NCBI GenBank assembly: GCA_024679065.1
Contig: JAGIQG010000004.1
Coordinates: 54,808,001-54,872,000 of the forward strand
DNA length: 64,000 nucleotides
Direction: 5' to 3'
Source of the DNA: Sphyrna mokarran
Taxonomy: Eukaryota
The number at the start of each line of letters is the position of its first letter. Positions within the stretch are counted from its first letter, which is position 1. A program made the translations under genes and the position numbers. Below are positions 62,622 through 64,000 of this stretch, in pieces. The notes under the pieces were generated by a model, which was not told where the DNA came from, did not search any database, and saw only the letters and a program-made list of their open reading frames with translations.

Positions 62622-63963
62622 CAACTTTCTGAGTTGTTCGTAGTTACTCGCAATATATTTAAATATTTTATTATCTCTGCCGAGGTAAAAAAAAAATCCG
62701 GTATAAAACTTTACAGTCAAGAAGATATAACAAGTTCCCAATGGAAAATGCAGGTGAATATTATAAATTGCCAAACAACAATTATAATTGCAGCGAATAA
62801 AACTAGAGTGCAATCTTATAAAGTACATTAATTAACAGTTGAATTAAATACATTTTGTTTCGTAGGAAGGTTCGCATACAGGAACATACGGCACAGGAAC
62901 AGACCATTCTATTCTTCGAGCCTGCCGCGCCATTTAATGAGATTATGGCTGATCATTCCTTTCAAGGTAATTTTTTCGCACAATCCCCATATTCTTAAAG
63001 ACACAGAGGCAAAATACTGCGGACGCTTGAATCTGGAACAAAAGCAGAAAATGCGGAGGTACCTCAGAACGTTTGGGAACATCTTTGGAGAGAAAATAGA
63101 GCTAAGATTTCGACTCTGCATAACCCTTCGTCAGGGCTCAAATATTCCTTAATAACTTCGCTGTTTAGGAATCTTTTGGTCTCTGTTTTAAGCAGACTCA
63201 GTGACGGCAGAGTCCTCCGGGGCAGAACATTCTAAAGATTTGTCACGCTCTGAGTGAAGAAATCACTCCTCATTTTAGCCCTAAAATGCCTATCCTGATT
63301 ATGAAGCAGCATATTCTACTCCTGTCAGCGGGCATCACCTTCACGAATACTACCCACCCTCACAAGCGAAAATCATCATTAATATTAGTAATTAAGTAAA
63401 GAACGGACTTGCATATGGGTAGGATCTATATTTACTTTTTACTTATTTCATCTTGTACGCAATAGTTTTGAAATTAGACCAAAATAATAAACATGCAGCC
63501 AAAGATTCCAGCAATTTCTACACATTTTCATACAGAAGTGTAATGAGCAAATGATGAGTAGTGAACTTCCGTTGTGGGTTTTGCATATCAACTGGACATG
63601 CCCGACACATTAAAGTGAGTTGCCTCCGACGCAGAATATCTGGAACAATTACACTAATATTGTACTCACGAAACAATTTTTTTATAATCTTGCACGTCCC
63701 GAACAGATGCCGGACCAGGGAATTTTCACTATAACTTAATTGCCGTGTTAACGTAAGACTACTTGTGACACTAAAAAGTGAACTAAAAAATTTCTTAATA
63801 TATAAATGCCACTTAATTTACATATAGTTCAGGAAAACTTAATCATTTCTCATGTTTGCTATATACTGCTCTCTAATTGGTAAAGATTCATTATTGTTTA
63901 TAACTGGGTAGATTGATACACAGAAATAGCTTAGAATGGTATAGTTGATCTTTGCTTTTTAAG

Positions 63964-64000
63964 AGCAACACAGCACGGGAAACAGGCCCTTCGGCCCAAC
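63964..64000 (-). mobile_element. 3' tail of the chimeric CR1 family running off the window (another partial copy at about 52340-52490)
   Basis: caacacagcacgggaaacaggcccttcggcccaac identical to the tail of copy B. Confidence 0.8.

Noticed and set aside
1-64000. Prokaryotic features (CRISPR arrays, operons, rRNA)
   Set aside because: None seen; the window is intron-containing vertebrate DNA.

Overview
Repeat-rich vertebrate genomic DNA, most likely from a cartilaginous fish (shark). That assignment is inferred from the HE1/V-SINE-type SINEs, dense CR1, and RTE, Rex1, L2, Penelope and Gypsy fragments. The main host feature is a cluster of immunoglobulin-superfamily receptor genes that the ORF track only partly shows. 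(1) A complete 7-exon minus-strand gene (37424-43584, 356 aa, assembled by hand from splice sites and phases) encodes leader, germline-joined VJ-type V domain, C1 domain, TM and a tail with two ITIMs plus an ITSM-like motif. (2) Plus-strand stalk, TM and short-tail exons (17834-18882) have an Arg in the TM, the signature of an activating partner; their Ig exons are not visible in the window. (3) There is a probable decayed second Arg-TM exon (3805-3913) and a leader+V relic (62320-62621). Together these look like a paired activating/inhibitory V(J)-C1 receptor locus. Notable transposon features: a CR1 LINE family whose 3' UTR contains a captured V-SINE (4 copies, two nested); Penelope-like elements with inverted arms, minimal hammerhead-ribozyme cores and 12-15 bp TSDs; and a young RTE LINE with a twin-priming 5' inversion and a perfect 12-bp TSD. 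Boundaries of old repeats are approximate. No database searches were run.
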